Source: an uncultured Gemmatimonadaceae bacterium (GTDB lineage: Bacteria > Gemmatimonadota > Gemmatimonadetes > Gemmatimonadales > Gemmatimonadaceae). Taken from it: a stretch of DNA of 64,000 nucleotides. A model generated the notes under the pieces. That model worked only from the letters and a program-made list of their open reading frames with translations, searched no databases and was not told where the DNA came from. Shown here one piece after another: positions 11,000 through 23,061 of the stretch (within the stretch, counting starts at the first letter, position 1; each line of letters starts with the position of its first letter). The position numbers and the translations under genes are program-made. Location of the stretch: the NCBI GenBank assembly GCA_963829055.1, contig CAWHHI010000006.1, positions 256,001 to 320,000 of the forward strand. Reading direction: 5' to 3'.

Positions 11000-11227
11000 A
11001 TGGTCGCCACGAAAGCCGGCTTCGCGCAGCAGCACGCCCCCTGCGGGCGGATCGTTGATGGCGAGACCTACCAGGACCGCGATGAGGAGACGGTGCTCAC
11101 GCTGGAGGTCGACTACGCGTGCGGCTGCCGAACCATCCAGCACGAATACCACGATGGGAGTGTGAGCAGGAAGGTCATTCGCCACGACGGCCACGTCGTG
11201 GTGGATGAGCTGCTCTCGGCCGAATAG
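11000..11227 (+). CDS. 75-aa Cys/His-containing hypothetical protein leading the frd operon
   Basis: Strong GGAGGT RBS; stop 12 nt before frdA; contains CGC and HEYHD. Confidence 0.7.
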   Translation: MVATKAGFAQQHAPCGRIVDGETYQDRDEETVLTLEVDYACGCRTIQHEYHDGSVSRKVIRHDGHVVVDELLSAE

Positions 11228-11239
11228 CCACGACCATCC

Positions 11240-12979
11240 GTGGCGCCAACGCACGACGTCCTCATGGTGGGTGGGGGTGGCGCCGGACTGCGCGCCGCCA
11301 TCGCCATCGCCGAGACCGACCCCCGACTCCGCGTCGCGGTCGTGTCCAAGGTCTATCCCATGCGCAGCCACACCGTCTCCGCCGAAGGCGGCGCGGCCGG
11401 TGTGGCCCGTGAGGACGACAGCTTCGACGAGCACGCGTACGACACCGTCTCCGGCGGCGACTGGATGTCCGATCAGGACGCCGTTGAAGCGTTCGTCAGG
11501 GAAGCCCCGCAGGAGCTGATGCGCCTGGAGCACTGGGGATGCCCGTGGAGTCGCGAAAGCGATGGCCGCGTCGCCGTGCGCCCGTTCGGCGGCATGAAGA
11601 AGATGCGCACGTGGTTCGCCGCCGACAAAACCGGCTTCCATCTGCTCCACACGCTGTTCCAGACGTCCCTCAAGTTCCCGAGTGTCGTTAGGTACGACGA
11701 GTGGTTCGTGACCAGGCTCCTCGTCGACGACGGCCGCGTGCAGGGCGTCGTCGCCATCGAGCTCATGTCCGGCAAGGTCGAGGCGATCACCGCGAGTGCG
11801 GTCATCATCTGCACTGGCGGCTGCGGACGCGTGTTTCCGTTCACGACCAACGCCGCGATCAAGAACGGAGATGGGATGGCACTCGCGTACCGAGCGGGCG
11901 CGCCACTCAAGGACATGGAGTTCGTGCAGTATCATCCGACGGGTCTTCCGTTCACCGGCATCCTGATCACGGAAGCGGCGCGCGCCGAAGGCGGACACCT
12001 CATCAACAAGGACGGCTACCGCTACCTCCAGGACTACGACCTCGGCAAGCCAGAGCCGAAGCCGGTGTTTCGCAGCATGGAGCTCGGGCCGCGCGATCGC
12101 CTCTCGCAGGCATTCATGCAGGAGGTGGCGAAGGGGCGAACGATCGACACGGAATACGGCCCGGTCGTTCATCTCGACCTTCGCCACCTGGGGAAGAAGG
12201 TGATCACCACCAAGCTCCCACTCGTCAGGGAGCTGTGCCTGAAGTACGAGGCGCGCGATCCGGTCACCGATCTCATCCCCGTGCGACCCGTCGTGCACTA
12301 CATGATGGGCGGGATTCACACGGACATTCACGGCGCTACACCGATTGCTGGACTGTTCGCCGCCGGTGAAGCGGCGTGCGTGAGCATCAACGGCGCAAAT
12401 CGTCTGGGGTCCAATTCCCTGACGGAGATTCTCGTGTTCGGCGCGCGCGCCGGGCGCGCGGCCGCCGAATTTGCCTCCACAGCAAGGAGCTCCGAGTCGA
12501 CCATCGTGGCTCAGGCGAAAGACGAGCAGCGACGTCTCGACCACGATTTTCTCCGCAAAGGCGGAGGACGCGAGCGACTCTCGACGCTTCGCGCGGAGAT
12601 GCACACGACGATGGAAGGGGCCGCGGGCATCTACCGGACAGGTGATGCCCTGACCCGGGCGGTCGGGGAGTTGCGTGGCCTGCAGGAACGCTCGTGCAAC
12701 ATCGCGCTCGACGATCACAGTCGCACGTTCAACACCGAGCGTCTCGCCGCCCTGGAGTTCTCGTTCATGCTCGATGTGGCCGAGGCGATCGCAATGTCGG
12801 CGTTGCGACGGGAGGAGTCGCGCGGTGCGCACCAGCGCACCGACTTCCCGAAACGAGATGATCAGCGCTTTCTGGCGCATTCATTGGCGTTCCGCGACGC
12901 GGACAGGTCGTGTCGCATCGAGTACAAGCCGGTCACCATCACCCGCTGGCCGCCGGGCGAGCGGGTGTACGGGAGGTAA
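11240..12979 (+). CDS. frdA: fumarate reductase flavoprotein subunit
   Basis: [16 protein letters not shown] (covalent-FAD His with Frd-type Glu), [31 protein letters not shown]. Confidence 0.92.
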   Translation: MAPTHDVLMVGGGGAGLRAAIAIAETDPRLRVAVVSKVYPMRSHTVSAEGGAAGVAREDDSFDEHAYDTVSGGDWMSDQDAVEAFVREAPQELMRLEHWGCPWSRESDGRVAVRPFGGMKKMRTWFAADKTGFHLLHTLFQTSLKFPSVVRYDEWFVTRLLVDDGRVQGVVAIELMSGKVEAITASAVIICTGGCGRVFPFTTNAAIKNGDGMALAYRAGAPLKDMEFVQYHPTGLPFTGILITEAARAEGGHLINKDGYRYLQDYDLGKPEPKPVFRSMELGPRDRLSQAFMQEVAKGRTIDTEYGPVVHLDLRHLGKKVITTKLPLVRELCLKYEARDPVTDLIPVRPVVHYMMGGIHTDIHGATPIAGLFAAGEAACVSINGANRLGSNSLTEILVFGARAGRAAAEFASTARSSESTIVAQAKDEQRRLDHDFLRKGGGRERLSTLRAEMHTTMEGAAGIYRTGDALTRAVGELRGLQERSCNIALDDHSRTFNTERLAALEFSFMLDVAEAIAMSALRREESRGAHQRTDFPKRDDQRFLAHSLAFRDADRSCRIEYKPVTITRWPPGERVYGR

Positions 12980-12984
12980 CGCGA

Positions 12985-13728
12985 ATGCCGGATCGGATCA
13001 CGATGCAGGTAACGCGCTACCGCCCCGAAGAGGAGAGCGGCGAGAGCGTGCAGGAGTACGAGGTGCCATGCCCGAAAGACTGGGTGGTGCTCGACGGACT
13101 CAATTACATCAAGGATCGCCTCGACGGCTCGCTCTCGTACCGTTGGTCGTGCCGCATGGGCGTGTGCGGGAGCTGTGGCATGACCGTGAACGGCGAGCCG
13201 AAGCTCACGTGCGAGACGTTCCTGTCCGAGTACGGCAGCGGCCCGGTACGTGTGGAGCCGCTCAAGAACTTCCCGGTCATCCGGGACCTCGTCGTCGAGA
13301 TCGGCGACTTCATGCGCAAGCTGGTCATGGTGAAGCCGTGGATGATCCGCGATCAGGAAAAGCCGGTGTCCGAGGGCGAATACCTGCAGACACCTAACGA
13401 GCTCAATGAGTACAAGCAGTTCAGCATGTGCATCAACTGCATGCTGTGCTATTCCGCGTGTCCGATCTACGGGCTCGAGCCCGGCTTCATTGGCCCGGCG
13501 GCCATCGCGCTCGCGCAGCGCTACAACCTCGATTCGCGCGATGAAGGCAGCGCCGAGCGGCTCGACGTGCTGTCGGAGCACGACGGTATCTGGGGGTGCA
13601 CGTTCGTGGGCGAGTGTACGGAGGTGTGCCCGAAGCACGTCGATCCGGCGGGCGCCATCCAGCGGTACAAGCTGACTGCCGCGCTCGCCGGACTGAAATC
13701 GTTCGTGCTGCCAAGGAGTGCGCGATGA
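12985..13728 (+). CDS. frdB: fumarate reductase iron-sulfur subunit
   Basis: [35 protein letters not shown]. Confidence 0.92.
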   Translation: MPDRITMQVTRYRPEEESGESVQEYEVPCPKDWVVLDGLNYIKDRLDGSLSYRWSCRMGVCGSCGMTVNGEPKLTCETFLSEYGSGPVRVEPLKNFPVIRDLVVEIGDFMRKLVMVKPWMIRDQEKPVSEGEYLQTPNELNEYKQFSMCINCMLCYSACPIYGLEPGFIGPAAIALAQRYNLDSRDEGSAERLDVLSEHDGIWGCTFVGECTEVCPKHVDPAGAIQRYKLTAALAGLKSFVLPRSAR

Positions 13729-14165
13729 GCGAACATCTCCGCGATCATCCCGCCGAACATCCCGGCTATACCGAGTACCATCCGCGCTGGCTCCGGCGGC
13801 GCCCGTCGACGTACTGGTGGCTCGAGCGCCGCGCTTACGTCTCGTTCATCACCCGTGAGCTGAGCAGCATCTTCATCGCGTGGTTCATCGTCTACCTGCT
13901 GCTGTTCATTCGCGCCGTGAGCCGAGGCGATGCGAGCTACCAGCAATTCCTCGCGTGGAGTCGTCACCCGGTCGTTCTGGTGTTGAACGTCGTCACGTTC
14001 CTGTTCGTGGTGTTTCACGCGTTCACGTGGTTCAACCTCGCGCCGAAAGCGATGGTCGTGCACGTGGGTGGTAAGCCACTTCCGGCGTCGGTGATCAGCG
14101 CGTCCAACTACGCGGCGTGGGTGGCAGCGACGGCGTTCGTGGTCTGGCTTCTGTTGGGGGGCTGA
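13725..14165 (+). CDS. frdC: fumarate reductase membrane anchor subunit C
   Basis: WW...[14 protein letters not shown]; three TM helices; ATGA coupling to frdB. Confidence 0.88.
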   Translation: MSEHLRDHPAEHPGYTEYHPRWLRRRPSTYWWLERRAYVSFITRELSSIFIAWFIVYLLLFIRAVSRGDASYQQFLAWSRHPVVLVLNVVTFLFVVFHAFTWFNLAPKAMVVHVGGKPLPASVISASNYAAWVAATAFVVWLLLGG

Positions 14166-14519
14166 ATGGCGAAGCGCTCACTCGAGCCCATGCTGTGGCT
14201 GCTCTTCAGCGCCGGGGGCGTGGTGTCGGCGCTGCTCGTGCCCATCCTCGTGCTGTTGTTAGGCATCGCCTTCCCACTCGGCTGGCTGTCCGCGCCGAAC
14301 TACGAGCATCTGTTCGCCATCGTGCGTCATCCGCTCACGCGCGTGGCGCTGTTCGGCATCTGCGTGTTGTCGCTGTTTCACGGGGCGCACCGCTTCCGGT
14401 TCACGCTTTACGACGGGTTGCAGATCAAGCATCTGAACGAGTTGATCAACCTGTTCTGTTACGGCGGAGCGATAGTATTGTCGCTGTGGGCCGGGTATCT
14501 GCTATGGGCGGTGCCCTGA
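14166..14519 (+). CDS. frdD: fumarate reductase membrane anchor subunit D
   Basis: KRSLEPMLWLLFSAGG, HGAHR, CYG. Confidence 0.88.
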   Translation: MAKRSLEPMLWLLFSAGGVVSALLVPILVLLLGIAFPLGWLSAPNYEHLFAIVRHPLTRVALFGICVLSLFHGAHRFRFTLYDGLQIKHLNELINLFCYGGAIVLSLWAGYLLWAVP

Positions 14520-14549
14520 GCATCAGTGGACCCGAGTCGGTCGAGACGC

Positions 14550-17500
14550 TCAATTGAAGAAGTACCGCAAGCCCACCTGCGCACGCCAGCGCGACAGAAG
14601 ATCCGGATCGTCGGTGAACGTCTTCGTCGCACCGGAGAAGTTGAACACCGGCGCGCCGGCCGAGTTGAACCCAGTGAGCGTGAGTGGCGAGGTCGCCGAC
14701 GCGCTCGCGACTTTCCGGACGCCCCAGTTCGAATTGAGCAGGTTGCCGACGTTCAACAGATCCAGGCTGAGCTGAAGCGTGTGGCTCCGTCCTCCTGCCT
14801 GCGCGAGTCCCAGGTCCTGCAGCACGCGCACATCCACGTCGCTGTACCACGGGTTCACCGCGCCGAAGCGCTCGGCGATCTCGCCGCGGTGCTTGCTCAG
14901 ATAGTCGTCCTGCTTGATGAACGCGTCGAGCTCGGCCCATTGCTGCGCTGGCGTCCGGTTACCGTTGGCCGTGCTCGGCGGAGCGAACTGGATCTCCGAC
15001 TGCGAGCGCGGGAATGTAGATGAGATCATTCCCGCCCGACCCGTCGCCGTTCACGTCACCGGAGTAGATGAACGAGTACCGGTTGCCACCGGCACCCGCG
15101 AACCGGTTCCCCTCCGCCACCTCGAAGAACGCGCCGACCTGCGTGCGGTAACGCGGTGACCACGTCTTCGTGTAGGTGGCATCGCCGACGATGCGATGCC
15201 GCTGGCCGAACTCCGAGAAGCTGAGCTCCGGCTTGTTCGGGTCGCCCTGGACCGGCTGGTTCTGCCACAGCACGCTCGCGATCTCGGTGGACTTGAGATT
15301 GTTCTTCGCGTCCGTGAAGCTGTACCCGAGGCCGACGCTCGCCGACGTGCCTAACGCCTTGCGGAGTTGCGCCGTGACGTTGAACGAGTAGCCCTCGTCG
15401 GTGTTGTCGATCACGTAGATCCCGGCGCCGCCGTCAGGGTTGAGCTCGTTGGCGCCGGCTCCCCCGTAGTACGGCCGCCCGTCGGGCAGCGTCCGCGTCG
15501 GCGCCACCAGATCGGCGTTCCGCATGAAGACGTTGTTCAAGTCCTTCGAGTACAGGAGCTCGAGTGTTCCCCGCATCCCCCACGGCAGTTGCTGATCGAT
15601 GGCGAGATCCGTGGTCCACGACTGCGGCCACTTGAAGTCGGGGTCCATCGCGTTGAGGTCGAACGACTGTGCCAGCACCGAGCTGTCCTGCGTGGCCTTG
15701 GGCGGGGCGGTGGGGAACAGATTCGGATTCGCGCCCGGGTTGGAGATGACGTTGCCGATCCACACGAATGGCATCGCGTCCCGTGAAGATCCCGGTGCCG
15801 CCGCGCAGCTGCGTCCGCCGGTCGCCGACGGCGTTCCAGTTGAAGCCCACGCGCGGCGAGAAGAGCGGGTTCGCGTCAGGCAGCCGACTCTGATCCACGA
15901 CCTCCGGCTGACGGTTCTCATCGAGCGCCGTCAGGCCGCGGGAGAACGGATTGTCCACGGGATTCGTGAAGTACATGGGCACGTCCATCCGCACGCCGAA
16001 GGTCAACGTGAGGCGGTCGGTCAGGAGGTACTCGTCCTGCGCATAGAGCGCGCCCTGTCCGGTGGAGATGTCCTCTCCCTTGTACGGTCCACTCCCAATC
16101 AGGCCTCGCAGGTCGACCTTGTTCGGGTTGCTCGGATCCGTGAGCTGGAAGAACTCCTGGAGCGACGAGAACGTGCTGCCGATTCCGGTCTGCGGCGGCA
16201 GGAAGAACACGCCGTTCCGGAAGATGTTGAACGAGTTGAAGAACGAGAACGTCTCGAAGTTCGCGCCAACCGTGAACGTGTGGCTGCCGCGGAAGAAGCT
16301 CAGGTTGTCGGTGAGCTGCCAGACATCCTGGTCGAGGATGTTGTGAATCGAGAACGGCTCGTGGCCGGCCGTGGTGTACGTGACGCCTCCCTCGCCGATC
16401 TCGATCGTCGGGAATGGATCGCTGCGCGCGTCGCGGTTGTCGCGGAACCGGTTGTAGCTGGCGAAGAACCGGTTCGCGTACCGCGTCGACCGGCTGTTCA
16501 GCTCGGCCGCAACGGAGTTGAGGTGGTTGTTGATCGCGGTAGCCCGAGTTCTGGAACGGCAGGCTGCTCGCGTTAGGCCCGCGGCCCGTGTTCGCGAAGC
16601 TGAGCACGAACGGATGCGGCGGCAGGTCGCGGCGCGCGTTCAGGTAGTTGTAGCGAATCGTGAACGTGTTGCTCTCGCTGATGTTCCAGTCGAGTTTCGC
16701 CAGCAGCTTGTCGTTGTCCGTCTTGTTGATGTATCCCTCGTACGGGCCAGGGTCGTAGTCGTACACCTGGATCAGGCGCTGGCGGATCATGTCCATGGTA
16801 TCCGCACTGCACCCGCGAGACGCCGAATCCGGTCGGGCCGCGACTCGCCACGAAATTCGTTCCCGGGTCCTCCGTGCGCTCGAGCTCACCGTTCAGGAAG
16901 TAGAACAGCTTGTTGCGTTTGATCGGGCCGCTCACCGACAGCCCGGATTGCAGGAACTTGAGGTCGGGATTGGCCACGACCTCGAGGCCGCTCACCTCAT
17001 TGCCCTGGAGCGCGTCGTTGCGCGCGAATGAATAGATCGATGCGCGCAGCTGGTTCGTGCCGCTCTTGGTGACGGTATTGATGCTCGCCCCGGTGAACCC
17101 GCCCTGCCGGACGTCGAACGGCGCGATCGACACCTGCACCTGCTCCACCGCGTCGAACGGCACCGGCTCGGCGTTCGCCTGCCCGCCGGGTGCGGGATCG
17201 TCCAGGCCGAACGAGTTGTTGAAGTAGGATCCGTCGAGCGAGATGCTGTTGTACAGCCAGTTGCGGCCAGCGAAGCTGAAGTTGCCATCGCTCCGCGGGT
17301 CGATCCGCGTCAGGTCGCGCGTGCTGCGCTTGATGGATGGGAGGGCGACCACCTGAGCTGGCGTGACGAACGTCGCGGCACCGGTGCGCTCGGACTCCCG
17401 CTGCTCGTTACGCGCTCCGGTGATTTGCTGGCCAGCCAACTGCACCGCGGCGCGCGGCAGACGGAAATCCAACCGCCGCGTCTCGCCGAGGTTCAGGAAC

Positions 17501-17805
17501 ACGTCCTCCGTGCTGCGCGGCTCGAAGCCCAGAAAGGTCGCCGTGACACGATAGGGGCCACCGACCCTGACGTTAGGCAGCGTGTACGCGCCGCCGGATC
17601 GCGCGACGGCGCGATACTGCGTTCCGCTCGGCACGTGCAGCGCGACAATGGTGGCGCCGCCGATCGGGGTCGCCGAGGCCGAGTCGCTGACGATGCCGGT
17701 GACGGTTGCGGTGGTGACGCCCTGGGCTGACAACACCGGTGCGTCCATGAATGACGATACCACCAGCAACACGAGTGACGAGCCCAGCAGGCAGGAGCGT
17801 GTCAT
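14550..17805 (-). CDS. TonB-dependent receptor, Oar-like, with N-terminal carboxypeptidase-regulatory-like domain (several frameshifts)
   Basis: GATIVALHVPSG...GGPYRVTA; APFDVRQGGFTGASINTVTKSGTN; YAQDEY; FSPRVGFNW; C-terminal WRAQVGLRYFFN; spread over five ORF pieces. Confidence 0.88.
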
Positions 17806-17996
17806 GGCAACCTCCCTCGGACCGAGGAACGGGCCGGCGGAAGCAACATCGCTTCAATGCCTGAGCAAACGCTATCGCGCACCGAAGGCACGTCAAGACG
17901 GGTCTCGTTGCGTTGCGAGGCGGCGGGGCTCGGTCGTACATGTAGTTGACTATATCACGCCCGTTCCGTCGTTCCCTGCATTCTCCGCCGAACACG

Positions 17997-20963
17997 ATGC
18001 GACTCCCCACCGCACTGCTGCTGGCCGTTTGCGCTGCACTTCCCGCTGCCGCTCAGACGCAACCGGACGCCGCCATGCTGTCCACGCTCCGGCTTCGGTT
18101 CATCGGGCCCGCCACAATGTCCGGGCGCATCACCGACGTCGCCGTGCTCGAGTCGGACCCGACGACCATCTACATCGCCAGCGCGACCGGCGGCGTGTGG
18201 AAGACCACCGACAACGCGATCACGGTGACGCCGGTGTTCGAGAAGCAGAGCGTGCACTCCGTCGGCGCGCTCGGGCTCTTTCAGGGCGATCCCAACGTCG
18301 TGTGGGTCGGGACCGGCGAGGCGACCAACCGGCAGAGCTCCGGATGGGGCGACGGGATCTACAAGTCCACCGATGGCGGGCGCACGTGGGCGAACATGGG
18401 TCTGCCCGAGAGCGGTCACATCGCGCGCATCGTCACCCATCCGACGAATCGCGATATCGTCTACGTCGCCGTGCCCGGCAAGCTCTGGGCACCTAACGCC
18501 GAACGTGGGCTGTACAAGACGAGTGATGGAGGGCGGTCGTGGCAGCTCGTGCTCAAGGGCGATCAGGACACGGGCGTCACCGAGGTCGCTCTCGATCCAT
18601 CGGACGCGAACGTCCTCTACGCGGCCACGTACCAGCGGCGACGACAGGCGTTCGGCTTCGTCGGCGGGGGACCCGGCTCCGCGTTATGGAAGTCCACGGA
18701 CGCCGGCGCGACGTGGAACAAGCTCACCACCGGCTTGCCCACCGGGATACTGGGCCGGATCGGCATCTCCATCTATAGAAAGAACCCGAACGTCGTCTAC
18801 GTCTCCGTCGAGCAGGGCGCCCGCTACACCTCCAGCGTGTCGTACGAGCAGCGACTCGGCGGCATCTTCCGGTCGGATGACAAGGGCAACACGTGGCGCA
18901 GGATGGGCGACTACAATCCGCGCCCCGCATACTCGAGCAAGCTGCTCGTGGACCCTAACGATGAGCGCCGGCTCTATCAGGTGCAGTACTCGGTGTCCGA
19001 CGACAGCGGCCACACGTGGCGTGAGCCGAGGCAGACGCTGCACGGCGACGACCGCATCATCTGGGTGAACCCGAAGGACTCTCGGCACGTCGTGAAGGGC
19101 GACGACGGCGGCTTCGGCATCTCGTACGACCGCGGCGTGCACTGGCTCTATCAGCGCAACCTGCCCGTGGGGCAGTTCTATCACATCGGACTCGACAACT
19201 CCGTTCCGTTCCGTGTCTGCGGCGGCCTGCAGGACAACAGCAACTGGTGCGGACCCAGCGCTACGTCGTGGTCCGACGGGATCGTGAACGAGGACTGGTT
19301 CCTGGTCGGCGGCGGCGACGGGTTCTACACCGTCTTCGACACCACGAACAATCGCATCTTGTACTCATCGTCGCAGTACCTTGGGATCACGCGTGTAGAT
19401 CTCCAGACAATGGAGAGGCGCGCGATCCGGCCGATGTGGGCGGAGGGCGACGTCTACAAGCGCGGTAACTGGGGACCGCCGGCGCCGCTCGTGGGGCGCT
19501 TTCAGGAAGGCGCGAACTGGAACGCGCCGTTCGCCGTGTCGTCGCACGACACGAAGACGCTGTACGGCGGCATGCGCAATCTCTACCGCTCGCGCGACCG
19601 CGGCGAGACATGGACGAAGCTCGGCGACTTCACCTCGGGCGTGAACCGCCGGTCGCTCGCGATCATGGGCCAGCTGCCCGATTCCAACACGCTGTCCCTC
19701 GATGACGGTGCGTCGTTCTATCCGACCACGAGCGCATTCGCGGAGTCGCCTAACGACAAGCGGGTGCTCTACGTCGGAACGGACGACGGACGGCTGCACG
19801 TGTCGCGCGACGAAGGCGCGACGTGGAAGAACATCACCGCGAACGTGACGGGGCTGCCGGCGGGCACGTGGGTGCGGCACATCGAGGCGTCGCGTCACGC
19901 CGCGGGCACGGTGTACGCGCTGTTCGACGGTCACCAGAACGGCGACTTCCGCAACTGGCTGTTCCGCTCCACGGACTTCGGGCAGACCTGGAGCTCGATC
20001 GCGGCCGATCTGCCTGCCGAGCGCGTTCCCCTCGTGCTGCGCGAAGATCTCGTAGACCCGAACCTCCTCTACCTCGGCACCGAATTCGGTCTGTTCATTT
20101 CGCCGGACGCCGCAGCACACTGGATCCCGTTCCGCGCGAACCTGCCGATGGTGCCGATCAACGACATCGCGCTGCATCCGCGCGACCACGCGCTCGTGTT
20201 AGGCACGCATGGCCGAGGGATCTGGATTCTCGACGATGTGCGTCCGCTGCGCGGCATGGCGACGACCGCGCTCGCCGCGGCGGTCACGCTCGCGCCCACG
20301 CCTGACGTGGTGTATCAGCAGCGGCTCGCGCCGCGCCTCGCGCACAACGGCGACATGATGTTCCGCGGCGAGAATCCGGCGAACGGCCTCACGTTCACGG
20401 TTTGGGCACGTGACTCGGGCACCGCCGCGACGCTGGTCGTGAAGCGCGCTGGCGGCGGGGCCGAGGTGTGGCGGCAGCCGATCACGACGCGCCGTGGTGC
20501 GACGATGGCCACCTGGAATCTTCGCGGACTGCCGCTCCCGGCGCCGCCGTCCGCGAGTGGCGGTGAAGAGCCCGACGCGAAACCGCGTGAGATCCCCGGC
20601 GCGCTGGTGAGAGCGGGCTCCTACGAGGCGACGCTGAGCGTCGCCGATCGGGTCGTTGGCCGAAGCACGTTCACCGTGCGTCCGGATCGCAGGCAGGATG
20701 CTTCTCCCGCGGCGGTTCAGGCGTGGCACGCGGGACTCGATTCCATTGCGACGCTGTATCGCTCGACGGCCGCGCTGGCGCAGCGGGCGCGGGACGCCGG
20801 CGCGAACATGCGCGCGCGAGCCGACACGGTGAGCGAGCTGCAGACGCGCGTTGCCGCGTTGTTCCAGTCGCTCGAGCCGCAGGTCGGTCCGCCGACGGCC
20901 GACATGCGCGCGCAGCTCGCGTCGTACTCAAGGTTGTACGCGCGACTCTCGCGCGGTCAGTAA
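17997..20963 (+). CDS. secreted VPS10/BNR-repeat (sortilin-like) glycosyl-hydrolase-family protein
   Basis: Signal peptide; IGPATMSGRI; repeated Asp-boxes (STDGGRTW, SDDKGNTW); GGLQDN; GTHGRGIW. Confidence 0.88.
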   Translation: MRLPTALLLAVCAALPAAAQTQPDAAMLSTLRLRFIGPATMSGRITDVAVLESDPTTIYIASATGGVWKTTDNAITVTPVFEKQSVHSVGALGLFQGDPNVVWVGTGEATNRQSSGWGDGIYKSTDGGRTWANMGLPESGHIARIVTHPTNRDIVYVAVPGKLWAPNAERGLYKTSDGGRSWQLVLKGDQDTGVTEVALDPSDANVLYAATYQRRRQAFGFVGGGPGSALWKSTDAGATWNKLTTGLPTGILGRIGISIYRKNPNVVYVSVEQGARYTSSVSYEQRLGGIFRSDDKGNTWRRMGDYNPRPAYSSKLLVDPNDERRLYQVQYSVSDDSGHTWREPRQTLHGDDRIIWVNPKDSRHVVKGDDGGFGISYDRGVHWLYQRNLPVGQFYHIGLDNSVPFRVCGGLQDNSNWCGPSATSWSDGIVNEDWFLVGGGDGFYTVFDTTNNRILYSSSQYLGITRVDLQTMERRAIRPMWAEGDVYKRGNWGPPAPLVGRFQEGANWNAPFAVSSHDTKTLYGGMRNLYRSRDRGETWTKLGDFTSGVNRRSLAIMGQLPDSNTLSLDDGASFYPTTSAFAESPNDKRVLYVGTDDGRLHVSRDEGATWKNITANVTGLPAGTWVRHIEASRHAAGTVYALFDGHQNGDFRNWLFRSTDFGQTWSSIAADLPAERVPLVLREDLVDPNLLYLGTEFGLFISPDAAAHWIPFRANLPMVPINDIALHPRDHALVLGTHGRGIWILDDVRPLRGMATTALAAAVTLAPTPDVVYQQRLAPRLAHNGDMMFRGENPANGLTFTVWARDSGTAATLVVKRAGGGAEVWRQPITTRRGATMATWNLRGLPLPAPPSASGGEEPDAKPREIPGALVRAGSYEATLSVADRVVGRSTFTVRPDRRQDASPAAVQAWHAGLDSIATLYRSTAALAQRARDAGANMRARADTVSELQTRVAALFQSLEPQVGPPTADMRAQLASYSRLYARLSRGQ

Positions 20964-20967
20964 CCGC

Positions 20968-21104
20968 GTCATTCCGAGCGGCCTGTGTCATTCCGAGCGA
21001 GCGAAGCGAGTCGAGGAATCGCGATTCTGCGCCGCAGAAGGCCCTCTATCGCGGACAGACTCGATTCCTCGACTCCGCCGCTTCGCGGCTCCGCTCGGAA
21101 TGAC
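20968..21104. repeat. family A nested-hairpin intergenic repeat, copy 1 (extra left terminus)
   Basis: GTCATTCCGAGCG...AGTCGAGGAATCG...CGATTCCTCGACT...CGCTCGGAATGAC, 4 nt after a stop codon. Confidence 0.9.
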
Positions 21105-21179
21105 AGCCGCTAGGGTCACCGCACCGGTACGGGCGTCTCGCTCGCGACCGTGGTGCCGTTGCCGAGTTGGCCGTTGCTG

Positions 21180-22807
21180 CTACCGTCGGATCCAGCCCGG
21201 CAGCGTGAGGAAGAGGAACTTCAGCACCGCCGACGCGACGAGCATCATCACCATCATGAGCATCAGCGACAGCATGGTGAGCATGACGAGCACGATCGCC
21301 GAGAGCACGAGCGCCACCGCCATGAGTGCCGGGACCACGACGAAGAACAGAACCATGAGGACGAGCGCGAGCGGCGTCATCCTGTTCCACCGGCTGGGCG
21401 AGAGCGTGGCGCGCACGCCCGCCCAGACCCCCGGCGGCGTTTGCACGACCACCGGCTCCGCGCCTAACGCGATGAGGCGCCGCTGTCGCTGGTGCGGCTT
21501 GGGGTGCATGCGCCCGAACTGACCGACCACGGCGTCCTTCGACGCGACGGAGGTCGGCCACACGATGAACAGGAGCGACAGCGCGTCACCCTTCGGGACC
21601 ACGGTCTTCTCGGTGGCGAGATGGCGGAGCGCGCGCGCGAGGGCGTCCGGGTTCCGCGTGAGCTGTACGGCCATGGCGTCGGCGAGGTGCCGCCGAGTGC
21701 GCCACATGAACGCGACGATCGGGCCGATGAGCGCCATCGACGAGAAGAAGACCGCGAACTGCACGACGTAGCTGCCGAGCGTGAGCGGGAGCGAAAGCAT
21801 GTTGACGAACGCATCCCACTTTCCGGCCAGTCCCGTTCGTGACTGGTTCATGCGCCGCGTGATGTCCGGGTCCTCGAAGTCCATCGCGCCGCGCAGGAAC
21901 GTCTCGCTCACGAACTCCGCCTCCCACCGGTCAACGGTGCGCGCGCGGCCGCGGAACGCCGTGCGGAAGCCGCGCCACACGGCGCGACGCGCGGTGCGGC
22001 CGAACGGGCGCGTGCATGAGGATCGTGAGCGCGCCCCACGTCTGGTAGATCGAGAAGATGATCGAGGCGATGCGGAGGTCGCCGTTCCCCACGGACCCGA
22101 TCACGTGCCCGATCACGGCCTGCGTCTCGTCGCGGTCGAGCTTGTCGAGGAGCCCGCGCGTGACGAGCACCGTGGCGTCGTCGATGTCCGTGCCCATGGC
22201 GGCGGCGTTCACCGCGTCGCTCTCGATGATGAGCACGCGCGGCGACTTCACACCGGCGGCAACGGCCATCTCCGTCGACGACGTTACGGAGCTGCCGCTC
22301 CTCGAGGTCTCGTTCGTTAGGCGCCCGGGCGCCGGCCGCCTCGAGCGCATGCCCCACCGCTACGTGCCCGAAGACGCGGCGGATCGCGAGCCAGAGACCG
22401 AGAATCGCGATCGCGCCCGGGAGTACGAGCACACCGACCACCAGCGCGAGCCGCAGCAGCTCGGCCCGGGCGGCGGCGGTCGTGCCGGCATTGGCGCCCG
22501 CATTGATCGCGTCGGCCGCGCTCGACGCCGATTGCCCCAGCCCCCGCAGCGTGTCGAGCGTCTCCGGCGAGATGGGCGAGATGGCGTTGATGATGTGGCC
22601 GATCGTCATCACGACCGTGAAGACCAGCGGCGTCACGACGATGCACGCGGGGATGCCGGTGATGAGGACCGCGAGCGCGGCGAGCGCTGTGAACCGGCGG
22701 GTCGCTCGGCGATAGCGGCGCTGTTCGTCGAGGAAATGGACACGGTCGGCGGGGCCCGGCACGGGCGCCGGGCTTCGCGGGCGGGTGGTCGGGGCGTCGT
22801 GCTCCAC
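21180..22807 (-). CDS. membrane M48/HtpX-like protein with degenerate zinc motif (frameshifts near 22275 and 22000)
   Basis: NAAAMG...VTRGLLDKLDRDETQAVIGHVIGSVGNGD; LADAMAVQLTRNPDALARAL; HP..R. Confidence 0.8.
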
Positions 22808-22879
22808 GAGGATACGCTACGTCGGGCCGATTCGTCCGGCTAGCGTCCCGGGTGCCGGGTCGGTATCACTGGTGCGGTT

Positions 22880-23031
22880 GTCATTCCGAGCGGAGGCCGT
22901 CATCGAGCAGCGAAGTCGAGTGCAATGCGTGATGCATAGGAATCGGGACTACCGAGGGCCCCTCTATCGGGACGATCGCGATTCCTCGACTGCGGCGTCC
23001 GGCTACGCGGGCGCATGCCGCTCGGAATGAC
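22880..23031. repeat. family A repeat, copy 2
   Basis: Same termini and CCCTCTATCGGGACGATCGCGATTCCTCGACT core; lies between divergent genes. Confidence 0.9.
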
Positions 23032-23061
23032 CGCTATCCCATTCGATCCCAGGAGGTAGTT

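Noticed and set aside
10688..12880. 730-aa minus-strand ORF
   Set aside because: Antisense shadow of frdA, expected at high GC.
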